Source: Candidatus Multivorans sp. (GTDB taxonomy: Bacteria > Acidobacteriota > Thermoanaerobaculia > Multivoradales > Multivoraceae). Taken from it: a DNA stretch of 64,000 bases. The stretch is from positions 1-64,000 of the forward strand of contig OZ245033.1 in assembly GCA_965224025.1 (NCBI GenBank), read 5' to 3'. Below the pieces are notes generated by a model, which worked only from the letters and a program-made list of their open reading frames with translations, was not told where the DNA came from and made no database searches. The translations under genes and the position numbers were made by a program. Of this stretch, positions 9,291 through 20,090 are shown piece after piece (the stretch's first letter is position 1; each line of letters opens with the position of its first letter).

Positions 9291-10301
9291 TCACTGGAAC
9301 GTCAACTTCACTTCGTCGTTGCCGCTTTCCGGCACCATCGTCAGCGTCGCCTCGATCGTGGCCACGCCCTGGTCGTCGCCGTAGCGCGGCTCGGAGAGCA
9401 CGACCTGCGGGGCGTCGAGCACCACGATCTTGCCGCGGTTCCCGGCCGCGAGCATGCTCTTCGCCGAGTCGGTGAAGCCGTGCGCGAGCTGCAGCGCGTC
9501 CTTGGTCGCCTTCTGCGCCAGGCGGAACGGGTTCCAGGCCAGCAGCTTCTCGGCGTCCATCGTCACGCTGCCCGTCGTCTCGCGGCCGGTGATCGGCACG
9601 TCGTTGTCGGCGCCCACCACCTCGCGGTGCACCGGTTGCGCGCCGAGGGCGACGGACAGCCGGTGGAGCGCCAGGTCGTGCGTGCCGTGGATCAAAAACG
9701 TGGACGCCGCGTTCGAGCCCGCGACGGCCTCCTGCCAGCCGACGTAGCCCCCCGGGTCGATCTGGGTTATGGAGCTCGGCGAGGCCCATAGCCCCGTGAA
9801 CTCGAACCGGATCCGGGGGATTTCCTTGCTGGCGAACTCCAGCGTCCAGGTGCCGCGGGCGCCGAGCAGCCTGTGCTGCTGGCCGTCCATGTTCCAGATC
9901 AGCGTCACCGAGGAGCCGGAGGCGTTCGTCTCCGGCGCGTACTCGACTTTCGAGTTGTTGGTGTCGGCCACGGCCGCCTTGCCGGTCGTCTCCTTCATCC
10001 CGCACGCCTTGAGCAGGCCCCCGAACTTCGGCGCCGAGATCGCCTCGGTGGCGGGCGTGAAGCCGCCCCCGCTCGTCAGCTCCACGCTGAAGGCCAGCCG
10101 CACGTGCGAGTCGACCTGGACCGGGTCGCTGGCCCCGAAATACGGCCACATCAGCTCCCGGCTCACGGTGCCGCCGTCGAGCGCCGTCAGATCCGGCTCG
10201 TGCACCTCGATCGCGTCGGCGCCGGTGAAGGCGGCGGGCGCCACGCCGTAGGCCGCCTCCGGCTTGTAGAGCAACACCTTCTTCATCGCCAACAACGTCA
10301 T
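9291..10301 (-). CDS. Phage tail tube (major tail) protein
   Basis: K.E..YG..P start, PYFGA, LLKACG, GARGT..F.F.G motifs of siphophage tube proteins; GAGGAGG RBS. Confidence 0.85.
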   Translation of the reverse strand: MTLLAMKKVLLYKPEAAYGVAPAAFTGADAIEVHEPDLTALDGGTVSRELMWPYFGASDPVQVDSHVRLAFSVELTSGGGFTPATEAISAPKFGGLLKACGMKETTGKAAVADTNNSKVEYAPETNASGSSVTLIWNMDGQQHRLLGARGTWTLEFASKEIPRIRFEFTGLWASPSSITQIDPGGYVGWQEAVAGSNAASTFLIHGTHDLALHRLSVALGAQPVHREVVGADNDVPITGRETTGSVTMDAEKLLAWNPFRLAQKATKDALQLAHGFTDSAKSMLAAGNRGKIVVLDAPQVVLSEPRYGDDQGVATIEATLTMVPESGNDEVKLTFQ

Positions 10302-10314
10302 CGCATCCTCCTCC

Positions 10315-10797
10315 TCATGCTCCGTCCGCGGAAACTAGGCGGTCGGCGGCGTAGGCGTCGGCCCACCAGGCGGCGCCGTCCTTGCCCGGCGCCAGGGCTG
10401 CGCCGCGCACGAAATCGACGGGCGTCATCGCGCCCGGAGGGATCCAGCCGAGCAGCGCGGCGTCCACTCGCGCCCGCAGCCGGTCCAGGGCATCCTGGGC
10501 CGAGAACGGCGCGCCGGCGCGGCGATCGGCCACGCGGGACAGCACGACCACCTCGGCGCGGCGCAACTGCCTCGTCCTGCCGATGATGTCGCTCGACGGC
10601 CCGGTCTCCGCAGACCAGACCAGCCACAGGCCGTCGCGGCGGGCGCCGGCGCGGGCGGCCTCGTCGACCGTCGTCGCGTCGATGTCCACGTCCTCGCCGA
10701 GCGGCGGCGGCGCCTCGCCGTCCACCGTGAGGCTCCGGGGCTGGAACGTCTCGAGACGCTCGCGCCAGGCGTCCAGGGACATGCGGCCCTCGCTCAT
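10315..10797 (-). CDS. Tail terminator protein (Mu gp37-like)
   Basis: V.AALLGW.P..WW.D.Y C-terminal motif; directly upstream of the tube gene. True start is the ATG at 10797. Confidence 0.7.
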   Translation of the reverse strand: MSEGRMSLDAWRERLETFQPRSLTVDGEAPPPLGEDVDIDATTVDEAARAGARRDGLWLVWSAETGPSSDIIGRTRQLRRAEVVVLSRVADRRAGAPFSAQDALDRLRARVDAALLGWIPPGAMTPVDFVRGAALAPGKDGAAWWADAYAADRLVSADGA

Positions 10798-10892
10798 CCG
10801 ATCGCCCCGCGGAAGCCGCGCAGGCCGGCGCGCGTCAGCGTCGGAGTCGCCGGCGCGATCAGCGGCACGGGCTGCTCGTCCGTGGTGGTCAC
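10794..10892 (-). pseudogene. 3' remnant of head-tail adaptor gene (Mu gp36-like)
   Basis: ..PVPLIAPATPTLTRAGLRGFRGAIG* ends in an ATGA overlap with the terminator gene. Upstream it runs into the antisense of a + strand gene. Confidence 0.4.
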
Positions 10893-11337
10893 GCACGAAG
10901 ACGCGGACCGCATCCGGGCCGATTTCCACGAGCGCTACCAGGCCGCCAAGGACTACCAGGCCAAGCGCGAAGCCATCCGGCGACGTCAAGCCGAGCGCTA
11001 CCGCGCCTACCTCGAGCAGCGGGCCAAAAAGGACCGGGAATGGGTCCGCCGACGACGCATCCGCGACCTCGAACGCGAGCGCGGCGAGGCGAGAAGTGCC
11101 GCCGCGGCAAAGTACCGAGCAGACGAGCTCGCCTTCACCCACCAGTGGAACCGAAACCGCGGCAAAGCGATCGCCGGCGTCCGTTCCGAATGGAATGAGC
11201 GGTGGACCGCGGGCAAGGCGGCGCTCGGCGGCGCCTACGAGGAAGCGGTAACCCGGATCGATGTCGCACACCAGGCAAAGCTCGACGCGCTTGACGAGAG
11301 CGAGGCGGGCGACAGCGAGGCAACACGGGAAGGGTGA
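10882..11337 (+). CDS. Charged helical phage protein, probably 5'-truncated
   Basis: Coding-like composition, ends 1 nt before gemA, no upstream room for RBS or promoter. Confidence 0.55.
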   Translation: MVVTHEDADRIRADFHERYQAAKDYQAKREAIRRRQAERYRAYLEQRAKKDREWVRRRRIRDLERERGEARSAAAAKYRADELAFTHQWNRNRGKAIAGVRSEWNERWTAGKAALGGAYEEAVTRIDVAHQAKLDALDESEAGDSEATREG

Positions 11338-11338
11338 G

Positions 11339-11746
11339 ATGACCGCCCCGATCACGGCGTCGCAGGTTCGCGCCATCCACACCGCCAGGAGCGCCGCCGG
11401 CGTCGACAGGGAGACCTACGAACGGATGCTCGACGAGGGGTGGGGCGCGAAGAGCTGCACGGATCTGAACATCCGCGACGCCAGCGAACTGCTGCGCCGC
11501 CTGGGCGTGCCCAAGCCGAAGCGCCGGCCGAGGGGCCGGCCGCCGGCCCGACTCCCGGCCGGCGTCGTCCGTATGGTAACCGCTTCTCAGCGGCGCCTGA
11601 TCGACGACCTGCGCGCCGAGCTTGGTTTGACCGAGGCGGCGCTCGCGACGTGGCTGGAGCGCAGCCAACGGCTGACAAGCGTCCGCACGAGCGCAGAGGC
11701 GACCAGGGTCATCGAAGGCTTGCGTGCCTGGAAGGGGCGGCGGTGA
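11339..11746 (+). CDS. GemA / Mu gp16 / DUF1018 family regulatory protein
   Basis: IH.AR..GVD.ETY..ML..G.KSC.DL and EA..VIEGL..W motifs. Confidence 0.8.
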   Translation: MTAPITASQVRAIHTARSAAGVDRETYERMLDEGWGAKSCTDLNIRDASELLRRLGVPKPKRRPRGRPPARLPAGVVRMVTASQRRLIDDLRAELGLTEAALATWLERSQRLTSVRTSAEATRVIEGLRAWKGRR

Positions 11747-12792
11747 GGCACGGGTCAGACTTGGTGCTCCTGTTCGACGGGACCTGGAACGAGGCGGACG
11801 CGGTGCGGCCGACGAACGTCTGCCGCACCTGGCATGCGGTCAAGCAAGGCGTCAAGACGTACTACGACCCCGGCGTCGGCACGGGTCGATGGGACCGTTT
11901 CCGCGGCGGCGCGTTCGGCCTCGGGCTGCAAAAAAACGTCGAGGATGCGTATGCCTGGCTTGTTGAAGTCTGGGATCCGGACGACAGGATCTGGGCTCTC
12001 GGCTACAGCCGCGGCGCCTATACCGCCCGCAGCCTCGCCGGCCTGATCGGACTGTGCGGCATCCCCTCCGTCCCCGAGTGGGACAGGGCGACGAGGAAGC
12101 GAGCGGCCGACTCTCGGCGAGTCGCCCGGCAGGCGATGGCGGTATATCGATCCGGCAAACAGCGAATGGCGGTCGCCGAACAATTGCTCGGCCGGCACGC
12201 CCCGATTCGATTTGTCGGAGTCTGGGACACTGTCGGAGCTCTGGGCGTCCCCGAGCCGCTGGACTGGCTGTCTGCTGGACGCCACCGCTTCCACGACGTC
12301 TCTTTGGGCGACCACGTCGAGATCGCATGCCACGCCCTCGCGATCGACGAAGCCCGTCGCCCGTTCCGTCCGACACTCTGGCGCAACGCGCCGGGGGCGC
12401 GACAGCAACTGCACCAGGTCTGGTTTCCCGGCGTGCACAGCGACGTCGGCGGCGGCCGGGCCGTGCGGGGGCTGTCGGACATTGCCCTGAACTGGATGTG
12501 GCAGCACATCGCGGCGGCCGGCCTGTCTGTCCACCCTCGAGAGGGTGACCATCCCGACCCAGACCCGCTGGCGCCGATCGGCGTTTCGCGGGGCGGCCTC
12601 TATCGGGTGTGGCCGCCGTTCTGTCGCCCTGTGCCGCACACCGGCGCCGCCGTTCAGTCGCTACACCCGAGCTGCGTCGAGCGGCTCGATGCGGACCCGG
12701 ACTGGGACCCCCGCCTCGCGGCCATGCTCGATGCCGGCGCAGTGGCGATCAGCGCTAGACCCCTTTCAGTCGCCTCGCGTGGCGCCGACTGA
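11743..12792 (+). CDS. DUF2235 (Tle1-like alpha/beta hydrolase, putative phospholipase)
   Basis: FDGTWN, GVGT, GYSRGAYTAR, GVWDTV, HALAIDE.R, WFPGVHSDVGGG; GTG start overlaps the gemA stop. Confidence 0.9.
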   Translation: MRHGSDLVLLFDGTWNEADAVRPTNVCRTWHAVKQGVKTYYDPGVGTGRWDRFRGGAFGLGLQKNVEDAYAWLVEVWDPDDRIWALGYSRGAYTARSLAGLIGLCGIPSVPEWDRATRKRAADSRRVARQAMAVYRSGKQRMAVAEQLLGRHAPIRFVGVWDTVGALGVPEPLDWLSAGRHRFHDVSLGDHVEIACHALAIDEARRPFRPTLWRNAPGARQQLHQVWFPGVHSDVGGGRAVRGLSDIALNWMWQHIAAAGLSVHPREGDHPDPDPLAPIGVSRGGLYRVWPPFCRPVPHTGAAVQSLHPSCVERLDADPDWDPRLAAMLDAGAVAISARPLSVASRGAD

Positions 12793-13000
12793 TTCCCGCC
12801 GCGTCCTCCAGCTCCTCGGCGCTCCCCACGCATCGCGCCAGCTCTGACCGCTCGGCCGCCGTCACGGTGCGCTCCACAGCCGCCTCGGTTGGCACGCGCA
12901 TGCCGGCGCACCGTCGTCCGAGCTCCTGCGCCACCCGTCCCGGGTCCACCACTCCTGCGTCGCTGAGCGCCGCCACGAGCCGCGCCACACTCACCCGCAT
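12755..13000 (-). CDS. Small Mor/C-like transcription activator
   Basis: G.RVP dimerisation-like segment and C-terminal HTH (ELEDAAGISRRHARRL); context next to gemA. Confidence 0.5.
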   Translation of the reverse strand: MRVSVARLVAALSDAGVVDPGRVAQELGRRCAGMRVPTEAAVERTVTAAERSELARCVGSAEELEDAAGISRRHARRLKGV

Positions 13001-13083
13001 TTACCCGCATCCACCCGCATCTACCCGTCCCTTTCTCGCACTAACTCTCGCACAACTCGCACGGTTTCTCGCACTAACCGACT
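12993..13083. repeat. Putative transposable-phage end: 10-bp tandem ACCCGCAT units and four CTCGCAC repeats
   Basis: TTTCTCGCACTAAC at 13032 and 13065 plus two partial copies; abuts the break in IS110 homology. Confidence 0.6.
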
Positions 13084-13637
13084 ATGTCCAAGGAGCCAGT
13101 CGGCCATGGCGGCAAGTCCCTTGCCGCTGTGGTCGAACGCCCGCTCCCCCCTCACCTTGCCGTCCCGACCCAGCAAACACACACGTGGTGGGTTTCGGAC
13201 CCCCAGTCCACGCCGGCGAACCACGTCCTGATCATCTCGTCCTCCTTCTCCCTTGCGGTAGTGTTGCCTGGTCGGCATGCCGCGTTGCCTGCCCGTACCT
13301 GTACTGGTGCTCTAAGGCACTGACTCTCCACTGGGCGTCCAACGCGGCAAAGCAGCCAGGGCACGGGTCCCAGCCAGGTGCTCGAAGCACAGTGCGCCGG
13401 TGGTCGCTCCTGGCTGCTTGCCGACTTTCCTTCAGTGACTCCGGCAGGCCGGAGACGCAACCGACCGGCGGTCTCGGCTGCGGAAGCTGCCGGTCCGGCG
13501 GAAAACGGCAGACCGTTTCCCGCCGGACCTTGGAAAACCGGCAAGCCGGTTTCCCACAGCTACCGCAGCCACGACGGCTACTGGTCCATTCCACCTCTCT
13601 CAACGACACGCCAGAATGCATCCCGGAAAGGTACAGG
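13083..13637 (-). mobile_element. Truncated IS110 copy: full non-coding end plus ~50 frameshifted transposase codons
   Basis: Near-identical to 35423-35975, with a 2-nt insertion near 13175; same GG|TGCGCCGG junction. Confidence 0.92.
13279..13420 (-). ncRNA. Bridge RNA core (orphan copy)
   Basis: One substitution (13349) relative to 35617-35758; all four guide segments identical. Confidence 0.7.
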
Positions 13638-13817
13638 TGCGCCGGCCTTCCAAGCGGCGCGCCAAGTTCCTGCTCTTCAAGCCTCCCATCGGGCCGCGGA
13701 GAGTGCTACGCTCGCCGGCCCTTGCCGACTCGTGGGTGAGGCCGTCCCGGCTGGATCGCCCAAGTTCCCCCGGACCGCCCCTCGGGTGTCTCCGCTCCTC
13801 CTTCTTGGAGCGGAAAG

Positions 13818-14507
13818 ATGAACCCAAAAACCAATGAATATCAGTGCGAGGAGTCGCAGGAGTTTCCAGTCCTCTGGCGCGGCTGCGCAGCCCGCGACGG
13901 CGACTGGGCGCCCCTGGTCCAGCGAGTCGAACCGGCGCTGCGCTGCACGCTCGCCGGGTTGGGGCGGAGCTACGGCCTGCGCTTGACCCGCGACCTCGTG
14001 GACGAAGTCATCCAGGAGACCTACGTCCGCCTGCTGCAGAACAACCGCCGGGTGCTGCGCGGATGCAAGGGGCGCACGGAGGCGACGATCATGTCCTACC
14101 TGCGCAGCGTCGCGCGCAGCGCTCTGGTCGACTGGTTGCGCGCCCGCCGGGCGCTCAAGCGCGACCCCGCCGCCGAGTTGAGCCTCGATCTCCGGGAAGG
14201 GCTGACCGACGAAGCCGACCGGTTGGAGTTGCCGAGGGCGGCCACAAACCCGTTCAACGACATCTACGCCCAGCAACTCCGGTACCGGTTCCGGCGCGAA
14301 TGCTGGTGCGTCGCGAGTGAGCGCGCCACAGGCCTCCGCGACACCTGGATCACCGAGCGCATGGTGGTGGACGGCTGGAGTTCGCACGAGGCCGCCAGCG
14401 TGGTCGAGCTGGCGCCGGCTACCGTCGCGATGGTGATCAGCCGCATGCGGCGGGAACTGCGGAGCAGGGGTCTGGAGGTGCCCGGAAGGCTGAACTCACG
14501 GGCCTGA
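13818..14507 (+). CDS. ECF-like RNA polymerase sigma factor
   Basis: Region 2 DLVDEVIQETYVRLL..YL..VAR..LVDWLR; region 4 GWSSHEAA..TV..ISRMR. Confidence 0.75.
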   Translation: MNPKTNEYQCEESQEFPVLWRGCAARDGDWAPLVQRVEPALRCTLAGLGRSYGLRLTRDLVDEVIQETYVRLLQNNRRVLRGCKGRTEATIMSYLRSVARSALVDWLRARRALKRDPAAELSLDLREGLTDEADRLELPRAATNPFNDIYAQQLRYRFRRECWCVASERATGLRDTWITERMVVDGWSSHEAASVVELAPATVAMVISRMRRELRSRGLEVPGRLNSRA

Positions 14508-14843
14508 AACCGGTCCTCCGCCGGTGCGTGGTTGAGGCGGGATCCGAACCGAGTACCCGACGCCGCCGGCGTCGAGAACCAGGAGTTCGCGGAGCATCGG
14601 ACCTGTTTCCACGAGACGGGGAGCGGAACTTATGTCATAATGGGCAACTGTTCATTAGCCGCTTTGGTCCGCGCCCCGTGGCCCAGCCGTCTGCCGGACC
14701 CCCCGGGTACGGAAAGGGCGGCGCCAGGCCAGGACCGAATTGACTGGAGATCTGAGACCGTGGAACACAGCACAGAACCTCGACCCTTACGCCTCGGCGG
14801 TTCGCTGAGCGGACTTGAACCCCGGCGCCGTCGCTCCCGGAGA

Positions 14844-15131
14844 ATGACGAAGGTCTTCAAGGCGCTCTCGGACTCGACGCGGCAGGAAATACTGCGCCTG
14901 CTCGAAGACGAGCAACGTTGCGTCGGTGACATCGTCGGCGAGTTCGAACTCTCCCAGCCGACCATTTCCAGGCACCTCTCGGTGCTCAAGGAGGCCGACC
15001 TGGTGGTCGACCAGCGGCGCGGCCAGAATGTGATCTACCGGTTGAACGACGAGGCGCTCTCCGAGTCGATGCGCAGTTTCTTCGGCCAGTTCCGGAGCTG
15101 CCAGAACTCGCTGCGCAAACGGTCGCCCTGA
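14844..15131 (+). CDS. ArsR/SmtB family transcriptional regulator
   Basis: FKALSDSTRQEIL..LSQPTISRHLSVLKEADLV..RRGQNVIYRL. Confidence 0.92.
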   Translation: MTKVFKALSDSTRQEILRLLEDEQRCVGDIVGEFELSQPTISRHLSVLKEADLVVDQRRGQNVIYRLNDEALSESMRSFFGQFRSCQNSLRKRSP

Positions 15132-15241
15132 GCGGCTATCGCTTGCCTGTCGCGATCCGGCGCTCCTTGGTCGCGCGCGGTCAGGGGCGGGGCCGGAATG
15201 CGGACAGCGGGACGGATTCAAGTAGGGTGCAGCAGACGTTG

Positions 15242-15315
15242 GGCGGTGTAGCTCAGCCGGTTAGAGCAAGCGGCTCATATCCGCTGCGTCGGGGGTTCGA
15301 GTCCCTCCACCGCCA
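15242..15315 (+). tRNA. tRNA with CAT anticodon, most likely elongator tRNA-Met
   Basis: Acceptor stem GGCGGTG/CACCGCC, D arm GCTC/GAGC, anticodon arm AGCGG-CTCATAT-CCGCT, T loop TTCGAGT; CCA not encoded. Confidence 0.95.
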
Positions 15316-15373
15316 CTATCCCTCGCACGCCGTCGAGCGGGCAGTTGCCCGGTTCTTCGCGCGGCGTCCCGAA

Positions 15374-16366
15374 TTGACCCGTGCGATCCGCGGATCCGCG
15401 CTCGTCGTCGCCTTCTCCGGGGGCCCGGATTCGTCTGCGCTGCTGCTCGCCCTGCGGGCCTGCGCCTCCCGATTCGCCTTCAGGCCCTGCGCCGTCCACG
15501 TCGACCACCGCCTCGACCAGGGATCGGGACGGCGGGCCCGGGCGGCGCGGGGGATCGCCCGGGATCTCGGGGTTGCCTTCGAACTCCGCGTCGCTAGAGC
15601 GATGCCGCCGGGCTGGAGCATCGAGGAGTGGGCCCGCGCCGAGCGCTACCGGCTCCTGACCGCTGCCGCGCGGCCCTTGGACGCCGCGGCTATCGTCGCC
15701 GCGCATCACCGGCTGGACCAGGCCGAGACCGTGTTGCTGCGCATTCTCTTCGGTAGCGGCGCCGCCGGTCTCGCCGCGATGCGCCCGGCATCGAACCGGC
15801 TGGGGCTGCCGTTGCTCCGTCCCTTCCTCGACATCGAGCCGGGGCATCTCCGCCAATACGTGATCGACCAGGGGACGCACCCGGTGGACGACCCGACGAA
15901 CCGCGCCCCGGGACCGCGCCGCAACTTCGTGCGCCGCCGCCTCCTGCCGCTTCTCGTGGCCGAGACGCCGGACTTGGGCGCCCGTCTGAGCCGTCTGGCC
16001 CAGGCCGCCCAGGGCACCGAGCCGATCGTCCGCCGTCTGCTCGACGAGGCTCTCGAACCGCGGCCCGGCCGCCAGTGCTGTGAGATCGACACCTGTGCCC
16101 TGACCCGGCTGCCGCCAACGCTCTGGCCGGCCGCGCTCGCCCGTCTCCACCGTCTGGCCGGTGCTCCCTACCCGCCGCCGAGCGCCGCTCGGCGCGAGCT
16201 GCGACGGCAGCTCGGGCGGCGCCGCGAGAACGGCGCGCCGGTCGGCTGCGACTGCGGCGACGGCTGGCGCTGGGAGCAGCGCCGGGACCGGCTCAGAGTG
16301 CTGCGGCGCCGTTCGTTCGCCCTGGATCAAAGAATTGAATTGCTTGAAGAACCGGGGACGGAGTGA
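15374..16366 (+). CDS. tilS: tRNA(Ile)-lysidine synthetase (start uncertain)
   Basis: AFSGGPDS PP-loop, HVDHRL, AR.ERY, AHH..DQAET, RP.L, DDPTN..RN.VR; upstream of ftsH. Confidence 0.9.
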   Translation: MTRAIRGSALVVAFSGGPDSSALLLALRACASRFAFRPCAVHVDHRLDQGSGRRARAARGIARDLGVAFELRVARAMPPGWSIEEWARAERYRLLTAAARPLDAAAIVAAHHRLDQAETVLLRILFGSGAAGLAAMRPASNRLGLPLLRPFLDIEPGHLRQYVIDQGTHPVDDPTNRAPGPRRNFVRRRLLPLLVAETPDLGARLSRLAQAAQGTEPIVRRLLDEALEPRPGRQCCEIDTCALTRLPPTLWPAALARLHRLAGAPYPPPSAARRELRRQLGRRRENGAPVGCDCGDGWRWEQRRDRLRVLRRRSFALDQRIELLEEPGTE

Positions 16367-16517
16367 CAGTCTTGTTGCAGTCCGGCAGCTCGCGGGACAG
16401 GAATCTCGCTGGCCGGAGCATGGTTGTCTCTTCGCGATGGGGACGACCTGACGTGGATGGGCTGGACCGAAACGTCGACAGGCAGGACTGAAGGTAGATG
16501 AGCAGGCTTGGAAGTAG

Positions 16518-18521
<2,004 letters not shown>

Positions 18522-18564
18522 AGACCGGCTAGCACGCGTAGCAAGGCCCAGCGATCGGAGCACG

Positions 18565-19338
18565 ATGGACTTGGCACAGCCGCTCGGGCTTCTAGGTTGG
18601 AGGGATCTGGTCGACCTCCTGATCGTCGGCCTCGTCGTCTACAACCTGCTGCTGCTGATCCGGGGCACCGGGGGCATGCGGGTTGTGCTCGGCATCCTGG
18701 TGCTGCTCGGCACGGCGTGGATCGCCGCGTCCCTGAGGCTGCGGACGCTGGAGGCTTCGCTGAGCTACCTGCTGCCCGTGCTGCCGGTGGTCATCGTGGT
18801 CCTGTTCCAGAACCAGATCCGAAGGGTCCTCGGCCGGGTTGGCCGCAACCCGCTGCTGCGCCTGATGAGCGATCGAACGCCGGAGTCCGGAATCGACGAG
18901 ATCGTGCTCGCATCGCAGGCGCTGTCCGTGCGACGGCTGGGCGCCCTGATCGTCATCGAGCGGCTGGACGGCCTGCGGAACTACGTGCAGAACGGCATCG
19001 TGCTCGACGCCTCGATCTCCCACGACCTGCTGCTGACGATCTTCGCCCGCGGCACGCCGCTCCACGACGGCGCCGCGATCGTGCAGAAGGACCGGGTCGC
19101 CGCCGCCGCGTGCTTCTTGCCCCTGACCACCAGTGCCGCGCTTTCGATCCAGCACGGCACGCGGCACCGGGCGGCGATCGGGATCGCCGAAGAGACCGAT
19201 GCGGTGGTGGTCGTCGTCTCGGAGGAGAGCGGCAAGATATCGATCGCGCATGAGGGTCGCCTCACCGGCGATCTGACGAGGCGCGAACTGCGCAACCAAC
19301 TCTTCGAGTTGCTGCTGGCTCAGGGGGCTACGGGATGA
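18565..19338 (+). CDS. cdaA: Diadenylate cyclase CdaA
   Basis: Three TM helices, PLHDGA and GTRHRAA motifs. Confidence 0.95.
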   Translation: MDLAQPLGLLGWRDLVDLLIVGLVVYNLLLLIRGTGGMRVVLGILVLLGTAWIAASLRLRTLEASLSYLLPVLPVVIVVLFQNQIRRVLGRVGRNPLLRLMSDRTPESGIDEIVLASQALSVRRLGALIVIERLDGLRNYVQNGIVLDASISHDLLLTIFARGTPLHDGAAIVQKDRVAAAACFLPLTTSAALSIQHGTRHRAAIGIAEETDAVVVVVSEESGKISIAHEGRLTGDLTRRELRNQLFELLLAQGATG

Positions 19339-20090
19339 GCGAGAACAGCAACCGCTGGGCCTTTCGGGCTCTTGCAGTCTCGATCGCGGTCGGCATCTGG
19401 CTGCCGGCCTCGTACTGTCCCCGCCTGCGGGAGATGACCGTGCCGCCGATCGAGGAGAGTGTTCAGGCGCGGGTGACGACGGAGGATCACGACCAGATGG
19501 TGGTCCTGGGTCAGCCGGTCCTCGGCTCGCCCGAAGATCCCAGAGAGGAGCTCTTCGTTCTGATCCGGGGCAGCGAGGACGCAATCGCCTCCCTGAACCG
19601 GGATCAGATCCGGGTCCGGGTGCCGCTCGGAGAGAACCTCTTCGGCGGCGCGACGTACGGCGGCCCGCGACAGGTCGAGGTCATTCTGAGTACGGAGAAC
19701 GTCGTGCTCCCGGAGGACGCGAAAGGCATCGAAGTGGTGTCGCTCACGCCCGAGCAGTTGACCCTGACCCTCGACGAGGAGGTTTCGGTTCAGGTGCCGG
19801 TGCAGGTCAACACGAGAGGCGAACCGATCGGCGGCTTCAGCGTCGACTACGACAATGTCCGCATCGTGCCGGCCCTGGCCACGGTCCGCGGGTCGCGCTC
19901 GGAGATCAACCGGTTGGGGTATGCGGCGGCGGGGCCGATCGACATCGATGGCCGTGGTCTCGGCTTCGTCGAAGAGCAGGCGCGCGTGCGCTTCGAGAGC
20001 GAACACGTCGTGGTCGAGTTCCCGACCTTCGTCAGCGTCGAAGTGCCGATGATCGAGGGACGCCAGCCGCAGTCCGGCGCGGGTTCTTGA
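19335..20090 (+). CDS. cdaR: CdaR/YbbR-like regulator
   Basis: N-terminal TM, YbbR-like beta repeats, between cdaA and glmM. Confidence 0.75.
   Translation: MSENSNRWAFRALAVSIAVGIWLPASYCPRLREMTVPPIEESVQARVTTEDHDQMVVLGQPVLGSPEDPREELFVLIRGSEDAIASLNRDQIRVRVPLGENLFGGATYGGPRQVEVILSTENVVLPEDAKGIEVVSLTPEQLTLTLDEEVSVQVPVQVNTRGEPIGGFSVDYDNVRIVPALATVRGSRSEINRLGYAAAGPIDIDGRGLGFVEEQARVRFESEHVVVEFPTFVSVEVPMIEGRQPQSGAGS

Larger units (their letters stand above)
1..13083. mobile_element. Defective transposable (Mu/B3-like) siphoprophage: tail module plus GemA/Mor end segment; runs off the left edge
   Basis: Contiguous, translationally coupled lambda-like tail genes on -. GemA- and Mor-like genes and CTCGCAC repeats lie at the right boundary. 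No head, terminase or transposase genes in the window. Confidence 0.8.

Noticed and set aside
1-13083. Contractile injection system, T6SS or diversity-generating retroelement
   Set aside because: No sheath, baseplate, VgrG or reverse transcriptase motifs in the window.
15242-15315. tRNA as prophage attachment site
   Set aside because: No integrase and no duplicated tRNA 3' end seen; the phage boundary is at 13083.
15143-15373. N-terminal extension of the tilS ORF
   Set aside because: Runs through the tRNA gene.
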